From NCBI RefSeq assembly GCF_963921235.1, contig NC_086125.1:7874001-7938000 (forward strand): a stretch of 64,000 bases of DNA. The letters are read 5' to 3'. The position numbers were made by a program, and so were the translations under genes. Position 1 is the first letter of the stretch, and the number at the start of each line of letters is the position of its first letter. The notes under the pieces are model-generated. The model was given only the letters and a program-made list of their open reading frames with translations. It had not been told where the DNA came from and made no database searches. Below, one piece after another: positions 61,440 to 64,000 of this stretch. The stretch comes from Mobula hypostoma. Taxonomy: Eukaryota.

Positions 61440-63530
61440 AGAATCAGGTTTAATATTGCCGGCATATGTTGTGAAATTTGTTGTCTCTATGGCAGCAGTA
61501 CAATGAAATACATGACAAACAGAGAGAATTAAACTGAGTTACAGTAAGTTTATATATGTCTATTAAATAGTTACGTTAAAACAAGTAGTGCAAAAAACAA
61601 GTAAAAAAGTACTGAGGTAGTGTTCATGTGTGCAACATCCATTCGGGACTCAGATGGCAGAGAGGAAGAAGCTGTTCCTGAATCACTGAGTGTGTGCCTT
61701 CAGGCTCCTGTACCTCCTACCTGATGGTAGCAATGAGAAGAGGGCATGCCCTGGGTGGTGAGGACTCTCAGTGATGGACTCCGCCTTCCGAAGGCACCAC
61801 TCTTTGAAGATGTCTTGGATACCACGATGGTTGATGCCCAGGATGGAATTGACTAATTTTACAAGTTCCTGCAACTTATTTCAATCCTGTGCTGTAGCCA
61901 CCAACCACGCCCCACCCCCCACCATCCCAGATGGTGGGAAGCCAGTCAGAATGCTCTCCATGGTACATTTGTAGAAATTTATTTGACAAACCAAATCTCC
62001 TCAAACTCCTAATGAAGTATAGCCACTGTCTTGCCTTCTTTACAGCTGCATCAATATGTTGGGTCCAGGTTAGATCCTCACAGATATTAACACCCATGAA
62101 CTTGAAATTGCTCACTCTCTCCACTTCTGATCCCTCTATGAGGATTGGTTTGTGCTCCTTCGCCTCACCCTTCACAATCAGCTCTCTGGTCTCGGTGATG
62201 TTGAGTGAAATGTTGTTGCTAACTGGTATACCTCACTCCTGTACACCCTCATCTCCATCTGAAATTCTGCCAACAATGGTTGTATCATCAGTAAATTTAG
62301 AATGCTGTTTGAGCTATGCTAGCCACACTGTCATGGGTGTAGAGAGAGTAGAGCAGTGGGCCAAGAAACATTTTCCTGTGTAAACTGTCAGTGAGGTGGA
62401 GATGTCACTTCCAATCAGCACAGATGTGGCCTTTCATAGGAAGTCGAGAATCCAGTTGCACAGGGAGGTACAGAGGCCGAGGTCTTGTAGCTTTTCGATC
62501 GGGACTGTAGGAATGATGGTGTTAAATGCTGAGCTACAGTCAATGAACAGCATTCTGACAGTAGTATTTGCATTGTCCAGGACATCCAAGGCTGCCTGGA
62601 GAGCCATTCAGATCACATCTGTTGTTGGCCTGTTGTGGCTGTAGGCAAATTGCAGTGGGTCCAGGTTTTTCCTGAGCCAGGTGCTGATTCTAGCCGTGAC
62701 CAACCTCTCAAAGTATTTCATAACCATACATGCACATGTGAGCTCTACTGGACAATAGTCATTGAGGCATCTCACACAGCCCTTCTTGGACACTGGTATA
62801 ATTGTTGCCCTTTTGCAGCATGTGGGAAATTCTGACCGTAACAATGAAGGATTGAAAATGTCTTTGAGCACTCCTGCCAGTTGTTGGCTCAGGTTTTCAG
62901 AGCCTGGCCTGGGACTCCATTGGGCCCTGCTTCCTTGTGAGGGTTCACCCTCTTTAAAGACAGCCTGATGCCAGCCTCTGAGACAGACATCACAGTGGCA
63001 TCGGATGCTGCGGGTTTTCTCATAGCTGTGGTTTTATTTTCATTTTCAAAGCGAGCATAAAAGGTGTTGAGCTCGTCTGGTACTGAAGCATCACAGCCAT
63101 TCATAATGTTGGGTTTTGCTTTGTAGGAAGTAATATCCTGCAGCCCCTGCCAGAGTTGACATGTATCTAATGTCACCTCCAACCTCTCCCGGAATTGTTT
63201 CTTGGCTCTTGAAATAGTTCTTTGTAAGTCATACCTGATTTTCTTGTACAGACCTGAGTCACCAGACTTAAATGCCACTGATGTAGCCCTCAGCAGACTA
63301 CAAATCTCCTGGTTCACCCACAGCTTTTGGTTTGAGAATGTACAGTAAGCTTTCATAGGCACACACTCGTCCACACGGGTTTTAATGAAGTCGGTGACAA
63401 GTGTGGCATACTCATCCAGGCTTGAAGATAACTCCCTGTACACAGTGCAAAGCAGTCCTGTAGGGGCTCCTGTGTCTTCCTGGTCCATACCTTCTTGGTC
63501 CTCATTATTGGTGCTGCAGTCTTTAGTGTC
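61440..63530 (-). mobile_element. Rex/Babar-type LINE, decayed ORF2 (RT)
   Basis: LNDYCPVELT..LDPLQFAY in 62608-62871, FMGVNICEDLTW in 61876-62175, HPGHALFSLLPSGRRY in 61683-61874, and AGPNGVPGQALK in 62889-63488. Confidence 0.85.
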
Positions 63531-64000
63531 TGCCTATACTCAGGGAGTAGAAGTACAACCAGATGATTAGACTTCCCAAAGTGCAGGTGTGGGACACGAT
63601 TGCACTTAGTGTAATAGTGGTTCAGTGTGTTATTTCCTCTATACTAGTTACTCAGGTGATTCAATCAAGACTATTATTAAATTACCAATGAATTGATTTT
63701 CGATTTAAGTAGGGAGTGCTTAGAGAAAGAGTTGCATTTATGGGTTACAGTGATTAAGGGGCACATTGCACAGAGTCAGAAACAGAATGAGAAGGTCTCA
63801 GGATAGAGAGTACTCTCTGAAGTCAAGGAGAGTCAGAGAATAGACAATATCTAGAGATGGAAGGTAGCTTACAAGGCACCTGAAAACAGGATTAACTACA
63901 TGCAGGGAGAGAGAGGCCAGCAAGTGCATTTAAACACAGAAAGGACAGTATAAATCTGGCATTTCATCCAGTTTTAATGAACTACGTGAATGAGTTCTGA

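Overview
Repeat-dense vertebrate genomic DNA, most likely a cartilaginous fish (inferred from the repeat content: CR1 LINEs, HE1-like tRNA-derived SINEs, Rex/Babar, Penelope). The host content is a minus-strand tandem cluster of ICAM-family (ICAM/VCAM-like) immunoglobulin-superfamily adhesion genes. Copy B (48895->25857) is complete and reconstructed by hand from GT-AG, phase-1 exons: signal peptide, four Ig domains and a terminal hydrophobic exon, 1302 nt, 433 aa. Its terminal exon stops (TAA) right after the hydrophobic stretch, while a tail-like LTICKKCRHQRQ* continues in frame behind the stop; this suggests a transmembrane-to-GPI conversion or early pseudogenisation. Copy A (17846->12477) has the signal, D1, D2 and D3 exons, then runs into more than 12 kb of nested retroelements, and I did not find its D4 or terminal exon in the window. 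A decayed D1 relic of a third paralog lies at about 59.7-60.1 kb. The rest is mostly dead mobile DNA (CR1, Nimb/I-clade, Rex/Babar, RTE, Penelope, Gypsy, Tc1/mariner), plus a 207-bp-arm inverted duplication and a perfect 30-bp GC-rich VNTR inside a solo LTR. All alignments and counts were done by eye. Exon and repeat-arm coordinates are base-level; boundaries of decayed elements are approximate (about +/-50 bp). No database was searched, and reference protein motifs are recalled from memory.
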